Shown one piece after another: positions 48,597 through 62,650 of a DNA stretch of 64,000 bases. The position numbers were made by a program, and so were the translations under genes. This DNA is from Felis catus (lineage: Eukaryota): contig NC_058368.1 of the NCBI RefSeq assembly GCF_018350175.1, positions 158,846,001 to 158,910,000 of the forward strand, read 5' to 3'. The notes beneath the pieces were generated by a model. It had not been told where the DNA came from, searched no databases, and saw only the letters and a program-made list of their open reading frames with translations. Each line of letters opens with the position of its first letter. Positions within the stretch are counted from its first letter, which is position 1.

Positions 48597-49821
48597 TAGT
48601 TAAAAAAAAAAAAAAATGAATGACTAATTGGCTGTTCATACCTTTATTACCTTATACCTAGAAGTATGTGTATTTCTAGGTACATGTACACAGTACAAGT
48701 CTCTAACTTAAGTATTTTCTATGACTCTTTACCTTTATACACAATATCTTTAATTTCTGAATCAAATATTTTTTTTTCTATTATTCAAGATCTTGTACTA
48801 AAGGACCCCTCTCTACTTCACCATCCTAATTCCTCAGTAAGCAATGTTGCTTGACAAATCATTTATTAGATTATTAAAACTATGGCTATTCACTTTCTGG
48901 AAATAATTTTAATGTCCAGATGCATAAGGGATTTCAAATATCAGAAATAATAGCAGTTATTCTAAAAATAGTATATTTGTTTGACATTTCCTTTCAAGTG
49001 CATTTAATTCTCGGGTTAGTTTAATTCAAGAGGACAGCAAGGATCTGAAGTGGGTTTCTGTGGTGAAAGCTATTGGTTATAGAAAGGTTATGATATTATT
49101 AGAATAACACATACTAGCATATTTTTTGAGGGAGAGTATACTCTGAATTAGCAATTCATAAAATTAATGCAGAACTCAAGGTCCTGTGAAGGTCTGACCC
49201 CCATTATTCTGATCTTAGAATCTTAAAAGCACTTAGCTGAAAGGCTTGTGATGGACAATAAATCAATAGGACTATTGAAAATTGTTCATATTTCTCTGTC
49301 CAGATAACTTTAGGTGTCAACATCCAAAGGGTAAAATAGGGAAACATTGAGTCTTAGTGCTTATCTTCTTGTTTTCTGCTCAAATGTGTGGAAGGAATAA
49401 CAAAAGAAAGAGGATGATTTTCTGAGGAGAATTTGCGATTCATTTTATTGATCCTCTGTAGTATAAACTTATTGTTATAATTCATTTTAGTTACCAGAAT
49501 TCTATTTCATTTGCTTTTTTACTTTTTTCTTAAAGTGAGGTTGAAACTAAAATATTTCCATATGTCATCCTCCTTGTAATGAGCAAGACTAGATATGATT
49601 TACAGGCTATTTCTGAGAACTGGACAGTGGCCTCCTTAAATTAATTGCATTTTGAGAAAATGGAACAGATTATTGATTATATTATTTTAACCTATAAAGT
49701 ACTCAAGCCATATGCTTTATGTCTTCATATGGAGCTTTATTTAACGTTTGTTCTATTTACATTTTTTGTAAATATTTTATTACTGAATATAACTAAAGAT
49801 GTACATGAGTATATTAAACTT

Positions 49822-50053
49822 TTTAAAAACTTTTTAATGTGTATTTATTTTGGAGAGAAGAGAGAAAGACAGAATGTGCATGGGGGAGGGGCAGAGAAGG
49901 AGAGGGAGAGGGAGAGAGAGAAACAGAGTCTGAAGCAGGTCCCAGGCTCTGAGCTGTCAGCAGAGCCCAGCACAGGGCTCAAACTTAAGAACTGTGAGAT
50001 CATGACCTGAGCCGAAGTTGGATGCTTAACCAACTGAGCCAGTCAGGTGCCCC
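49822..50053 (-). mobile_element. CanSINE
   Basis: TSD TA(T/G)ATTAAAC. Confidence 0.95.
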
Positions 50054-50728
50054 TAGATTAAACATTTTTTAATGATTAATTTTTGTTTTGTTGCTGTTTT
50101 ATTGTTATAAGCTAACAAACATCATTAAAATGTGTAAATTTTAATCTTTTAAATTTTATGTATATGTGATGTTTATGGAAATATAAATCAAATTTTAATG
50201 TTTTCTTGTGCCTTCCTATTAGTAAATTAATTAGTAAATTTGTGTTAGATCAGTGTCTTTTCTGGTCTTTTTTCTCTAGTTTTTCTAGTTGGTGATTGAT
50301 AATTTTGTTACTTAGGAAATACTGTAACTGTTCAAACAGAAACAATGTTTAGAGTTAAGCTAAAGTATTCTGTTGGTACAGAAATGGGTGCTATAAATTG
50401 GATGTATATGAATTCGTGTAGGCAGATAACATAGTAAATTCAAGTGGATTTTAAAAATTTGGTGATGGAATGATTTATCCATTAATTTGTTACAAAAGTT
50501 GCTACATTGTACATTATTTGTCTTCTTTTAGACAATAAGTTATGGAAGAAGGGACTCCATCTCATTCATCTTTGTAACACTGATAGTATTTTTTCTTTTA
50601 TGCATCAGTCAAGAAATAGTTGAAAATGGGTGACATTAATTGGGATGAGTTATGAATTATTACAGTATATTTATATGGAAGAACAGTTATGTGTGTTGTC
50701 ATAAATTTCATTGGGAATTTTTTTTCAT

Positions 50729-51208
50729 TGTGCTATACTGGATGTCTTTTTGCTCCACTAATCTACTCTCTACCCTTCATCCTACTCCTCTAGAAGGTTG
50801 AACTGAAGGGATGCATCATCAGGGCATTTAGCTCTCTGTCTTCTGGTTGAATTTGTTTGATGGGGTGGCAGGAAATCAAACTGAGGTGAATAGTGAGGTT
50901 GGGGTATTTATTTATTCCCTTGGCTTCTTAATAGAATTTCCCTAGGAACTTGTCTTGTCAGGGATCTGCAAGTTACTGTGTTTTTTTTTTGCGAAATGTA
51001 ATGTTCTATGTGACTCTGAAAACCTCTCTCTCCCCTCTGGTCATCCCTTCTGGCCTAGAGGTGGTTGACATCTTGGCTGCTTGGCCCTGTGTTTCTTCTC
51101 TGTTCCCTTAGTGAATATAGTCCTTTTGAAATAAACTCTTCTTGAGTTATGCTAATTTGATTAATTTGATTGTGCCATCTGGTTGCCATTGCAACATTGA
51201 ATGATGTG
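50729..51208 (+). mobile_element. ERVL LTR (LTR33-like)
   Basis: CTTCTGGTTGAATTTG, GTGAGGTTGGGGTATTTATT, CCCTTCTGGCCTAGAGGTGGT, AAATAAACTCT, TGTGCCATCTG. Confidence 0.75.
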
Positions 51209-52534
51209 TGCATCTTACTGTGATTCTGTTTTAAAATTATATTCTCTTGCTAAATACTCTATTAACAGAACTTAATTTCCATAAGAGCTATCACAATCTA
51301 TAAAGTTGGTATAACTGAAGGACTTTTTGAAGGCATAAGGCAAATTGATCAATCCTTTGAAGATAATTGTATCTTTAATGTGTGTACTCCACCATGAAGG
51401 GAATGTTAAACCACTTAAGATTAATGCATTTATTAATTTAACAAATAACTGAGTACACAGTGTGCCAGGAACTATAGATACTTTGTTGTGATGGGGGTTT
51501 AGTAGATGAGGTACTTCTGAGAGTATGGGCTGAGATTATTCTCCTGTACCAGTAATGTAACTAATACAGGGGAAGCAAGCCTGCTGTTGCTGTTGACCTA
51601 AACGACTTGTCTAGAATCAATTTTATCAGGAATAAGTATGTTTGTTCACCTTTCTGGCTATTGTATCTATCTCTCAAATGGTTTCCCAATTAAGACAGAG
51701 GAATAAGATAGGTGGTGAATTTACCTTCTCAAACCTCTATAGCTGACAAGTTAGAAAGGGCATTCTAGGCACAGATTTGAAATGTCTTGGCACACTTGTA
51801 TGTTAAGCCAGATTTTGGTCTGTTCGTTCCTTAGCAGTGACGACAGGTTGAGGATCCAACTGAGATGGAATTTGTATTTTTAATCTCAGTCTTGTATTTT
51901 GCAATAGTTATTATTATTATTATTTTTGTAATACTTTATAAACTCAATCTGTAGGGCGTCACTGGTAGGAGATTTTAGGAGAAAATATTAGAGAAGAAAT
52001 TTTTGAAAAATAAGTGGGATATAATATTAAATGTAGAAGAGGAGTCAAATAAGAAAGTGAGTCAAATGCATTAGTTGGTACTGGCAGTAGGGAGATACTT
52101 GTTGTACTCTTAAATACTGTTTCAGGGATGGAAACCTAAATGTAATAGTTTGAGCAGTAAAGAAGAGGCAAGAGAGAACAGATGGAGGGTAGACTTCTTT
52201 CAGGAGATTTAGAAGTGAAGGAAAGGAGAGAGTGAAGGAAAGGGATTTTTGTTTGTTTTTTTTTTTTAAGATGAAAGATACTTGAAAATAATTTAATCTG
52301 TAAAGAAAGCCAGCAGCAGCCTTAAATATTAAGAAAGGAAAAAGAAGAACTGCACATCGGATTAGCTGAGGAGGTTGAGTCTTGGGCTGGGGAGGACCTT
52401 TTACCCTGTGGTCTTGGGAGAGCACATGCCGATACATGCCTGCTGCCATTACTCAGTCATTAACTTGCCAGACTCTTCCAGCAGGGCTCACCAGTTGAAA
52501 ACACTACATGCTTTTAAATTTTGGGAGGGAATAT

Positions 52535-52759
52535 GGGGCACCTGGGTGGCTCAGTCAGTTGAGCAGCCGACTCCGGCTCAGGTCATGATCTCACGGTTTG
52601 TGAGTTCGAGCCCCATTTCGGGCTCTGCTGACAGCTCAGAGCATGAAGCCTGCTTCAGATTCTGTGTCCCACTCTCTCTCCACCCCACCCCACTTGTGCT
52701 CTCTCTCTGTATTTCAAAAATGAATAAACATAAGAAAAATAAAAAATATATATATAAAA
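52535..52759 (+). mobile_element. CanSINE
   Basis: TSD TAAAT(T/G)TTGGGAGGGAAT at 52515-52532 and 52760-52777. Confidence 0.96.
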
Positions 52760-55559
52760 TAAATGTTGGGAGGGAATTTGAATCCCTGCTCAAAGAATAT
52801 GTACTAAGTAGTATTCCTCACATTGTTGTGAATCTGTACTTGTTCACTGACCAGGATTTTTTAAGTGACTTTTTTTTTCTCGATGTTTTCTTCCCCCTCT
52901 TATTATAATTGTTTTGGATAATAGCTCTGAAAGTGAACATGAAAAGGTAGGCAAACGGGGAGAGGGATCATCACTGTGTGCCCTTTGAAACTTCTTCCCA
53001 ATGGCTTCCAGAATGGAGAACTTTGATTTAGAGCTTGCCAAAATTAAGATATTTTTATTCTCCACAGTAGGTCTAACTGTATTGTATTCCCTATCCAAAG
53101 CAATGTTAAGCACCATTTGGATATTATACATGATGCTTTCAACTCTGTCAAAGTGAAGTTCCTTGGAAGGCTCTTGCATGATTCATTTGATTTTTATGGG
53201 TAGATGAAAGGACTTCCTATATCCCACTGCAAAGCCTTGAGGCAACTGCTTTTTAGGGTACCATGTTAGAACCACATTTTTAGAACTTCTGAATTGGTGA
53301 GGCAATGGTGACATCATGAAACTCACTGAGTCTGGTTTCATATGAAATGGAGTCATTATCTTTTTGCCTCAGTTACAGCCTAAGTGGCATGGTATTATCT
53401 CATGGAAACATAGAGAGCCAGTTGTTAGAATATCCCAACAATGAGACTCTGATCAAAGGATTTTTTTTTTAGGAGTTTCATTTTCTCTTAACTCTGTATA
53501 TGTTATCTTTGATGAAAGAGACACACATGGTTATGCAGCTTAAGCACAGTAGAAAATAGTTGGAGACTGTTAATTCCGTCTGCTTCCCAGAAGGGTTACC
53601 TAGTGATATTGAAGAGGCCCAAGGGGCTTTCACATCACCTGGTTCTTAAATGTGTTCACAGACCTTTACTGAACAGTTTTTCTTGCTGCTCCATTTAGCA
53701 TACCATTTCTTGGTCACACCCTTTGAGCTTGCCCATATGTATGTTACATACAAACACATATAATAGGAAAATCTGGTCCATGCCGCCTGGCCCCAGTCCA
53801 AGAGGAGGGGCTCTGTGTCTAACTGGTCTCCTTTCCTGAACATTTACTACTTTGTCATTTGTCTTTACTCTTGTGTTTTGTTTCTGTTGAAGAAGCAGTT
53901 TTTTGACCAAAATACTGTTGACTTATTTTAACACTAGGTTTGTTTCTTCATCTGAAAATCAGTGTGGCTAAGTCCCCTATTTTCTTAAACTTTCTTGCCT
54001 CTGACTGACTTTTTCTTCTATAATTTCCATCCAAGCTGCCAGTATCCCAGAGGCAAAGATGGTAGGTAGATATATTACACCTGGTTTACTTTTTACATGT
54101 ATCTTTATTTTAGTCATGTTATTACGTGATTTGTTACGTCAGGCTTCAGTCTTAAGAATTTGATTTTGAGTTCTTTTACAATCTTCTAAAATGGGACTGG
54201 AATATCAGTTCTCTCCAGAGAGTTCTAATTCTTCAGTGATGGAAGTATGTGATGATACTATATTTGAACAATTAGGACTTAAAAAAACCTGGCACATCTG
54301 AGGACCACATTTAAATTGAGAGAAAATAAATAAAATCCACATAATTTTATGGTAACATATTTTCTTGAATTTTGAAGACTTAGTGCTTATTATGTACAGA
54401 CATTTTACTTAGAATTGCCAAATTAAGATACTCAAATATCAAATTAAATATTGGTAGTATATTAATTTAGAAAACAGTAATTAATATTTCCCAGACAAAG
54501 GCGTGCCTCATTACTTATATACAGAGACATTGCAAACTCATTTACATCTGAGCTCTCTTAAAGTCTCACAAAAAAGCTAAAAATTTTCTATTTTTGGTAG
54601 TTCTCTGCTGTCAGTCACAGTCTTGTTCTCCAGAGAATGAATGTTCTTCTCTGCCTCCTGCAGATGTTCTTTTCTCATATATAAACCTTAAAGTGCCACC
54701 TTCAGATGGTCCTTGTAAGAATATTCTTATTGTTTTAAAAATCAATGTTGTACACATTGAAGATGCGTTTGACACTTGGGCTCCACCAGAGAATCAACAG
54801 CACAAGGGTACCAATTTACTTGTTTAATCCAAAATCCTGCAACATGAAAAATTGCCTTTCTTGCTTCTCTGATTCTTTGAACATGAAGTACCCATCAGAA
54901 GAGGAAAACTGTTCCTTTCTTACAAACTGTTGTTTCAGGAATATACAAATATGTGTTTTTGCTAGAAATCAATTTTCAAATTATCTCTGTAGTAGGAAGT
55001 CAGAGAAACTGTGCTTTATTATCCTTTCTCCTTAGTTAAAAGAAGAAATACTTAATGATTTCACCATACCAAGAGCCCATGAATAAAATGATTATAGACA
55101 CATTTTCTTAAATTTTGTTTACTTTAGCAGTAACGTATCTAAGAATTTCCATTCTTTTCCATTTTTGTTCATAGACCACTCTTTGCTAAGTACACATTTC
55201 TACTCCTTGTTTCCAAATCATGCTGCCTGAATCCCTTGAAAGGGATAAGAAATCTACAAAAGCCCTTCCAGCTCCATAATTTGGGTTTTGTGAATGCCAT
55301 AATGAAAAATTCTTAAAACAAGTATTTAGCATTCCCTCACTTGGTATCAAAATCGCTAACTTTCATAGCTTGAACATTTTGCGCTTATTTATTGAAGAGA
55401 ATAAAAATGTCTTTTCCTAATCAAGAAGCAACCTTTCGTTGTTATTCCGCTAACATTTCAAGGATTATTTTAGTTTTAGTGGCTTGCAAATATTGTTTTT
55501 TTCTGGTTGTTGATTTTGTGATATTAAATAAGTTAATATGTTAAATAAGTTAAACACAT

Positions 55560-55960
55560 TATTCAGTGTGATAATGAAAGATTGCAAACAACCTAATTGT
55601 TCATAAGCTATGGACTGCTTTAAATAATATCTGATACTGCCATATCATGTAGAATATTGTACAAAGTAAAAGAAAAAGGTAAAAAAGTAGTAAAGTAAAA
55701 ACAATTTTTATGTACTATTATGGAAGGATCACCAAGATACATTACTTAAAAAGAGCAAAGTGAAGAATGGTACTGTAGTATATAAACACCGTGATAATAA
55801 ATCTGTGTGTTTATTATGTGCATGCATGCCTAAATATGCATACAATTTCTGGAATAATGTCACTAGTTGGAACCTAAATAGGTAGTTGCATGTAATAATG
55901 GGAGCTGAGTAGACTGAAAGTCAAGAAAAGAAAGGAAAAAAATTTGAATTGTAAATATAC
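55560..55960 (+). mobile_element. Ancient L1ME-like 3' fragment
   Basis: AAAGATTGCAAACAACCTAATTGTTCAT, ATGGAAGGATCACCAAGATACATTA. Confidence 0.6.
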
Positions 55961-56979
55961 ACACAAACCCACACCCAGATGCACGTTCCCAGAAATAGAC
56001 AAACTCATGAATTCATTTCTCAAAACTCTTCTGTATAATTCTAGTTCTATGTTTGTAACAGAGGAGTCTTGATTTTAAGACAACTATGAAGTTCACAAAA
56101 TCCTGTGAAGATAGTTAATCATTCATCAAAAATAAACAGAGACCGTACTGGAGAAAGTCTTTGTATGTTCTTGCATATTCTCAAACACTTGTAATAAGTA
56201 CTGTTGCATTCACTTAAGAGAAAGTTTTAAGCTAGACTCTTCTCAGTGAAACAAAGCTAAGGTGGATTTTAGAAAGGCTTATGAACAAGGAGCTAGATAT
56301 TAGGGTCTAAAATGGGCATTTGGAGAAGGGTTATATGTTCAGGTGTATCCCAGGCTTCAGATGAGTGAGACATAATAGGATTGGGAAAAAAAAGAAATCA
56401 ATTGTTGGCTTTGTCTTTAATTAACCATCTTACCTTGGATATTTCACATCACCTTTTGGACCTCAGTGAAGGACAGGATTATGGGAGATGATCTTGAAGA
56501 TGTTCTCAAGAATTTGATATTCTGTTACTCTGACATAAATGATAGTTTTATCACTGTATACAATGTGTTAGGATTCCAGGAAGCATGTTTATATTGTGAT
56601 GAATTGGACAAGGTACAGTAAACACCATAAAAATTAATCAAGCTTTATTTCAGTCATCTTAATGGTGTATGTAATTAACTCTAATGACAGCCTAATGATA
56701 ATACTTTTTTTTTCCAATTGAAATACAAGACTTCTATATTTAGCATATAAATGCTTTATGTGATCTAGTATTTAGCACATATAGGAAGTTTTTTGGATTA
56801 TAAAGGCCATAAATACTGTTTCAATTTTTTGGAAGACCCTTCAACTTCCTGGATTTGCTAAAGAGAGTATCAGAGAAATTGTGACACATTTATGGACTTT
56901 GAATCATCTATAGAAACATTCAAAAGTAGTTTTCCAGGAAGAATTATGGCCAAGTATTGGGTAGGCATGACTAACAATG

Positions 56980-57320
56980 TTAGGCATGAAAAGATGATCA
57001 AACATGTGGAGACTTAGGAAATTTTAAGTATAACCAAGGAATGGTAGGAAATGAAGCTAGAGAAGTTAAGGAAGGGAAGATAGTGAAAAACATGGCATTG
57101 CATGGAAAAGGCTTGGACTTGTTTTGGCAGTGAAAATTCATTTGTTTTTAAACTAAATGAGTAGTAAGCATTTTAGACAGATCATCTGAGTATTACAATG
57201 TATGGACTGGGAAAATGGGAGATGGGAGGAAGCTAGACTGATTAGGAAACTTTCTAATAGTAGGTAGACCAAGAATGATACACGCATGAAGTAAGATAAG
57301 ATCATACTCTTAAAATTGCA
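56980..57320 (-). mobile_element. LINE-2 fragment
   Basis: GAAATGAAGCTAGAGAAGT, GGCTTGGACTT, GCATTTTAGACAGATCATCTG. Confidence 0.6.
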
Positions 57321-58844
57321 TGATAGCGTGAGTTTATTTTAACTAGATCTTGGGGATTAGAGAGAAGCCAATGATATCTCAGAACAGCAGCATTTTCTTT
57401 ATTTCTTGGTTTCTTTCTGGCTGTGCCAAAATTGAAACAATGTATGCAGGTATTTCTTTCAAGTTTTGTGATATCCCTTCAAATTTTTTGTCAATGTGTT
57501 TGTCCATATTGTTTGGTTATTCTTATTTTCTGCCAATTATTTGATAGAAAAAATATAACATTTCACATTATAGTCTGTAAAACTAGGTGTAGACTGTGTT
57601 CTCCCTAACTTCATATGGTTGAAAAAAAAAAACACTGACAGGAGAATCAAGCTGAAAATGGAGCTGTTGAGACTGGGGATCCTGGTTAAGTAATAAATTC
57701 AGTCAGCCTTGATAAGTCCCCCCGTGCCTAGACACCAGTATTGCTCTTCTAGCTTTCTCTTGCCCATCCTGAATGGCATACATGAGCAAAGCTGCTCCAA
57801 AAGAAGCAAAAGGAGTACTTTTAATCCAAATTAAAAGGATACATTTTAGGTGATACTTTGAATTCTTAGAACTTTATTTGGTAGCCTTTATTTTTTTCAG
57901 TAAAGTCCCCATTTAAACAAGTCCCCAGCAAAAAGAGTATTGAACAAGTTATTTTCCTGGACCTGAAAGACCTGTTGAATTATGTTGAAAATATTTCTTC
58001 AATTAGAAGGTGGTTCTTTAGCTTGATTTCAGGTGCAAGCAACATTCCTACAAGTGGAACCATAAAAATAGTTGAAGCATTCAAAATTATTACCATCAGT
58101 TGTATTTTAGGGTACATATTCATCACATTATTTCTTTTTAAGGGAGTTATTGAATGAGGTTGTGAATTTGAACTTTACCTAAATAAACTTTTTTGGGCAT
58201 CAAGTGCCAAAAAAAAGTGTTCTGGAATCTTTTTCCTTCGTGTTCATTCCAGCTACTCGTGAAGGGTCACTGTGTTTGTGAGTTGAACATTTGCTTCTCA
58301 ACATTGATGCTTCCCTGAGTAAGAAGGAACAACAATATTTGAATACCAGAGACCGTTTTGCTTCCTGCTTCCCACCCTCTCTCTCCTTCTGTGCAATGAT
58401 ACTAAAACATACACATGTGTGAGTGCAGAATTGAAGATTTTTCTCTGTTGCTTTGATATTTTAGCTAGGAGCAAACGAATGATTGAGTAGTGGCCTGTCC
58501 CTCCTAAACTAAGGTAGCTTTTTGCCCCTGAAGATTGCTAACCCACTGACACCATCAGAGCTAAACATTTGTTTAGAATATCAAGCATTATTTTCTTTTA
58601 ATACCAAGTATTATTTCAAAATTAAATTTTAGAACCTACCAGTTAAAAAATAGAATCCAATGAAATTACACTCTGCAAAAAAATGAATTTGTCTTGATTA
58701 TTTCAGAATTTGTTACATATCAGTGTCACTGTGGATATCATTGGTTACACTGTGACTAGGTGATGGAGTGGAGACAGCACTAGATCTTTTTGATAGCCTG
58801 TAAGAACACCATTATTGCTCCTTCTAGACCCTATTGTTTGTTGA

Positions 58845-59290
58845 TCATTCATCTATTTGAGGTTGAAAGTAAGTAAAAACTGCAGCTCAAAGTGGTTAAA
58901 AATAAGGACTTTTTTCCCATTTAACTGAAAGTCCAGGAGTTGGGAAGGCTCCACACATGATGTGACTAATAGTTAAAATAAATCATTTCAAGTATCCAGG
59001 TTAATCCTTTCTCTTTACTCTGTCATCCTCAGGGTCAACTTCCTATTAGGACGGGTACTCCTTTTGGTTGCAAGATGGCTACCAGTGGCTATTGTGTCTA
59101 GATGCTTCCTTATTAGTGTCCAGCAAGAGAGAGAGAGACAGAGTAGCTTTTCTTTCCAGAAGGTCTGTTAAATCCTCTTCATGCATGCCACTCACTGAAA
59201 TTGATGTAAAACTGATCATTTTTGAGTCAGCAGAATGGATGCTGGTAAGTCCCATTGTTTACCACAGTGGGACAGTCTTCATGTAAGAAG
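58845..59290 (-). mobile_element. Ancient MaLR LTR (MLT1K-like)
   Basis: GGTTGAAAGTAAG..AGCTCAAAGTGGTTAAA, TAACTGAAAGTCCAGG, GGTTGCAAGATGGCT. Confidence 0.65.
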
Positions 59291-59654
59291 AGTAGCAAGA
59301 ACATTTAAATTGGAGTTCAGTAAAGGTCTAGGAATAACAGGGGAAATAAATAAAGCCAATCAGATATTCTGGTTGTATAATTGGCTTTAATTAGCTTGGC
59401 ATGCCTGTGAACATTGTTCTCTGAATAAATCCCACTTCTGTCATTACATACAAGGAAATCTGTACCTTTTGAGTGAAATCAAACTCCTACCCTTCAGGAT
59501 TATAAGTAATCTCAGCAGACAAAAGCTTCAACTATAAACTCTTGGTATTCCTCTTTATGTGGTAGTGGATTTGATTTCATTAAGGGAACCAACAAATATT
59601 CTTTCTAAGTCCAGGAATATCTAGATACTGGTATATATGAGTAACCATGTATAA

Positions 59655-59657
<3 letters not shown>

Positions 59658-59704
<47 letters not shown>
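59658..59704. repeat. (TG)n microsatellite
   Basis: Direct reading of the sequence. Confidence 0.97.
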
Positions 59705-59706
<2 letters not shown>

Positions 59707-60328
59707 ACAGAGAAAGAATTGAGAGAGAGAAAGGAAAATCATTGACATCCTGTAATTTGTCATTAGTCAAACTGACTTTGAAATGTATATTTTGGGCATT
59801 ACATGGTCTCATTTCACAACTCTGAAAACATCAGGGTATATTAGAGACATAATAACTATGGTTCCAAAACATTTTATCATAATAAATATCCCAGAGTAAA
59901 TTGATTACATATAATGTTTTTCAACCAGGTAGAAATCTGAGATTGAATCATAGCCATGAAACACTGCATTTGTTTATACAAATAAACATACAGTACTTTA
60001 GGTCCAATGGAAAAGTCCTATAAGAAAAAAAATATTTAAAACAACTCCATGGTAAAGCCACATAAGAACTTCCCGAAATAGTTTTAGCCCTTGCAGAACT
60101 TTAATGTAGGAATGAACTTAAAATGAGGTTGTGAACTAGTCCCAACTGAACAATTGCTATTATCCAAATAAAAGTAAAATGTTTTATCAATAGTAATTGC
60201 TTTTAGAAATATAAAGACATCTAGTCACAAAATTAACCAGTAGTTGTCATAGATCATTCACACCTTCAAAATCTTAAAATATATTTATAAATGCTTTGAC
60301 TCAGTGAAAATACTTTCTCTCATCTTCA

Positions 60329-60563
60329 TTGGTTTTAGTCCGTTTGGCCCACTGTAACAAAGTATCATAGATGGGATGGCTTTATAAACAACAAAAATTT
60401 ATTTCTCACAGTTCTGGAGGCTGGGAGATCCAAGATCTAAGTGCCAACATATTCAGTGTCTGGTGAGGACCTGCTTCCTGGTTCATGTAAGACACTCGGT
60501 GGAATTTCTTTCAGAAAGAACACCAATCCCATTCATGAGGGAACAAACATTCAGATTATAGCA
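60329..60563 (-). mobile_element. MaLR LTR (MLT1A0-like) with internal deletions
   Basis: TATAAACAACAAAAATTTATTTCTCACAGTTCTGGAGGCTGGGA, TCTGGTGAGGACCTGCTTCCTGG, AAACATTCAGATTATAGCA. Confidence 0.85.
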
Positions 60564-60974
60564 GTATGTTACCTTTTTATAGAATTCCCCAGAACTGGAG
60601 TATTTGAGTAGTATTATCAGAAGGAATTCAGGAAAACAAAACAAAAGCTTAGGAATATTCTCCTGGAGAAATATGTATAACATATGAAGGAAGATCATTA
60701 AAATAATCTTGGTAATTATGATTACAAGTAAATGTTTTCTCAAAGAGATGACAAGTTTTATTCACTCAATAAAAATAACTTAAATATTTTTAAAGTACCA
60801 CTCACTATTACCTATCTAAGAGATGAGATAAGGTCTTCTCCTGGAAGTGAAATTGTGGTGTAGAAGGGGGACACAGATTAAAAAAAAATGCTTGTTAGTG
60901 GTCAAGGTGATTTCACACAGTGATAAATGCAATGAAAGAAATAAAACAATGTAACCAAAGAGAGTGATAAGGAG

Positions 60975-61585
60975 TGGTTGGCCAGTTAGACCAGTAGCAG
61001 GGCTTTTTCACTCCATAGTGTTACTCCTGTGGTTATATTATGTTACATGGCAAAAGAGGTTTAGAAGATATGGTAGAGGTTATGAATCAGATGATTTTAA
61101 AATTGGGAACTTAATCCTGGATTCTCCATCTGGATCCAATATCCTTTAAAATGTTTTAAAATCCATGCTCATTAAAAGTAGAAGAGGAAGGCAGAAAGGT
61201 TCAAAGCATGAGAAGGACTCCACATACTGTTGCTGGCTTTAAAGATGGAAGGGGCCACAAACTGGAGAATGGGGTAGACTGTAGAAGCTGAGAACAACTC
61301 TCAGCTGACATGCTAACAAGGAAGCATGGACCTCTGTCATAAAATTGTGTGGAATTGAATTTTGCCAACAGCGTGAATGAATATGGAAGCTTCTTGTACC
61401 CCAAAGGCTCCAGATAAAAGCCCAGTCTGGCCACATCCTTGACTTGGGCCTTGGGAGACTCTAAGCAGAGAACCCAGTAGAGGTACGTTGGGTCCAGACT
61501 TCTCACCCAAGGAAACCATGAGACAATAAATGGTTACTTTTTATGTTGGTGGGTTTGTGATAATTTGTCAAGACAGTGATAGAGT
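60975..61585 (+). mobile_element. MaLR LTR (MLT1D/E-like)
   Basis: ATGTTACATGGCAAAAGAG, GTTGCTGGCTTTAAAGATGGAAGGGGCCA, GAATTGAATTTTGCCAACA, GAGACAATAAATG. Confidence 0.85.
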
Positions 61586-62650
61586 CTCTCCTTCAATGCC
61601 AAACAAATATGGATGCTTTCTACCTCCTGGGTCAGCCTGCTATAGGCAGGAGACTCTGCCTTGGTCTTCATTTAATATGATAATCTATATATATATCTAA
61701 GTTATCCAATTATTTATTATCTATATTGCTGCAGCGACAATATTGATTAGTGTCACTTCACAAAAATTACAACTGATAAACCAAGCACTTGAAAACTTAA
61801 TCACCTCTCTCCTCAAAACACTAGCTAGTATCTAGCACTAGCTAGTACCAGACCATCTATTCTTGCTGTCTGTCAATATGATATGAATGTAGGGCAAATT
61901 GGTTGCCCAGTAAAATGGAAAATATTACAAAAGACATAAGGTGTCATAAAAGTGGTAAAAATAGCACTTACCAAATGATAATCTTGCAGAATTATACCAC
62001 TTAACAATTGAGGAAGGAAGAAATCAAGGCTGATGATAGGACAGTAGGTTGATTCGAAGTGAACTTTTTTCACTGGTACTAATGACTAATTAGAAGTGCA
62101 TTTAACCAGCACTTTCTGTAGCGAACCCAGTTCCCCTGGATTAAATTTTGTCTTGTTCCCCATTCAGTCATCATCCTGCCTTTCTCGGGATATCCTAGTC
62201 CTTTGGATTTCTACTACCATTTTGACTTCCAGGAGTGTGTCTACCACTATATTCTACTAGTGACTACTGTGCTCCAGCTGCTCCATTGGACCTCCACATA
62301 GTAATGATCACCTGAATGAGGCATTATTTTGCCATACCTGTTAATACTGCTGCATACCCCACTGGTTCTTCTTTTCAGGCCAGCTTCTGCTGGTTGAATA
62401 AAGGCGCACACACACCCTCCCTAGTGAGATCTGGGAAGCAGATCTCTGCACATTTCCAGATTCCTCTCTTCTTTCCAGCTATCCCTAAGTTACTAAGATC
62501 CTAGAATGTCTCATCCAAGAGCTAAGTTTTTGTCAATGTGGTATTTTGAAAAAAAAATTTTTTTTTAGTTTTTCCTGTCCTACATTTTCTTGTAGATAAT
62601 TTTTACTTTGAGGTACTTACAGTGCCTTCTGAAGATAAAAATAATGCTTT

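Noticed and set aside
2823..50033. Recurrent similar ORFs (QVMIS..., RETEHERGRGRERGRHRIG...) that look like a gene family
   Set aside because: They are translations of CanSINE copies
2785..52759. SINE strand bias (about 18 minus versus 12 plus) as evidence of host gene orientation
   Set aside because: The difference is too small to be meaningful
52375..52908. Longest ORF in the track (177 aa)
   Set aside because: Non-ATG start, runs through a CanSINE and its A tail, and resembles no protein I recognise
61819..61848. Tandem palindromic CACTAGCTAGTA repeat
   Set aside because: A short local duplication with no supporting context
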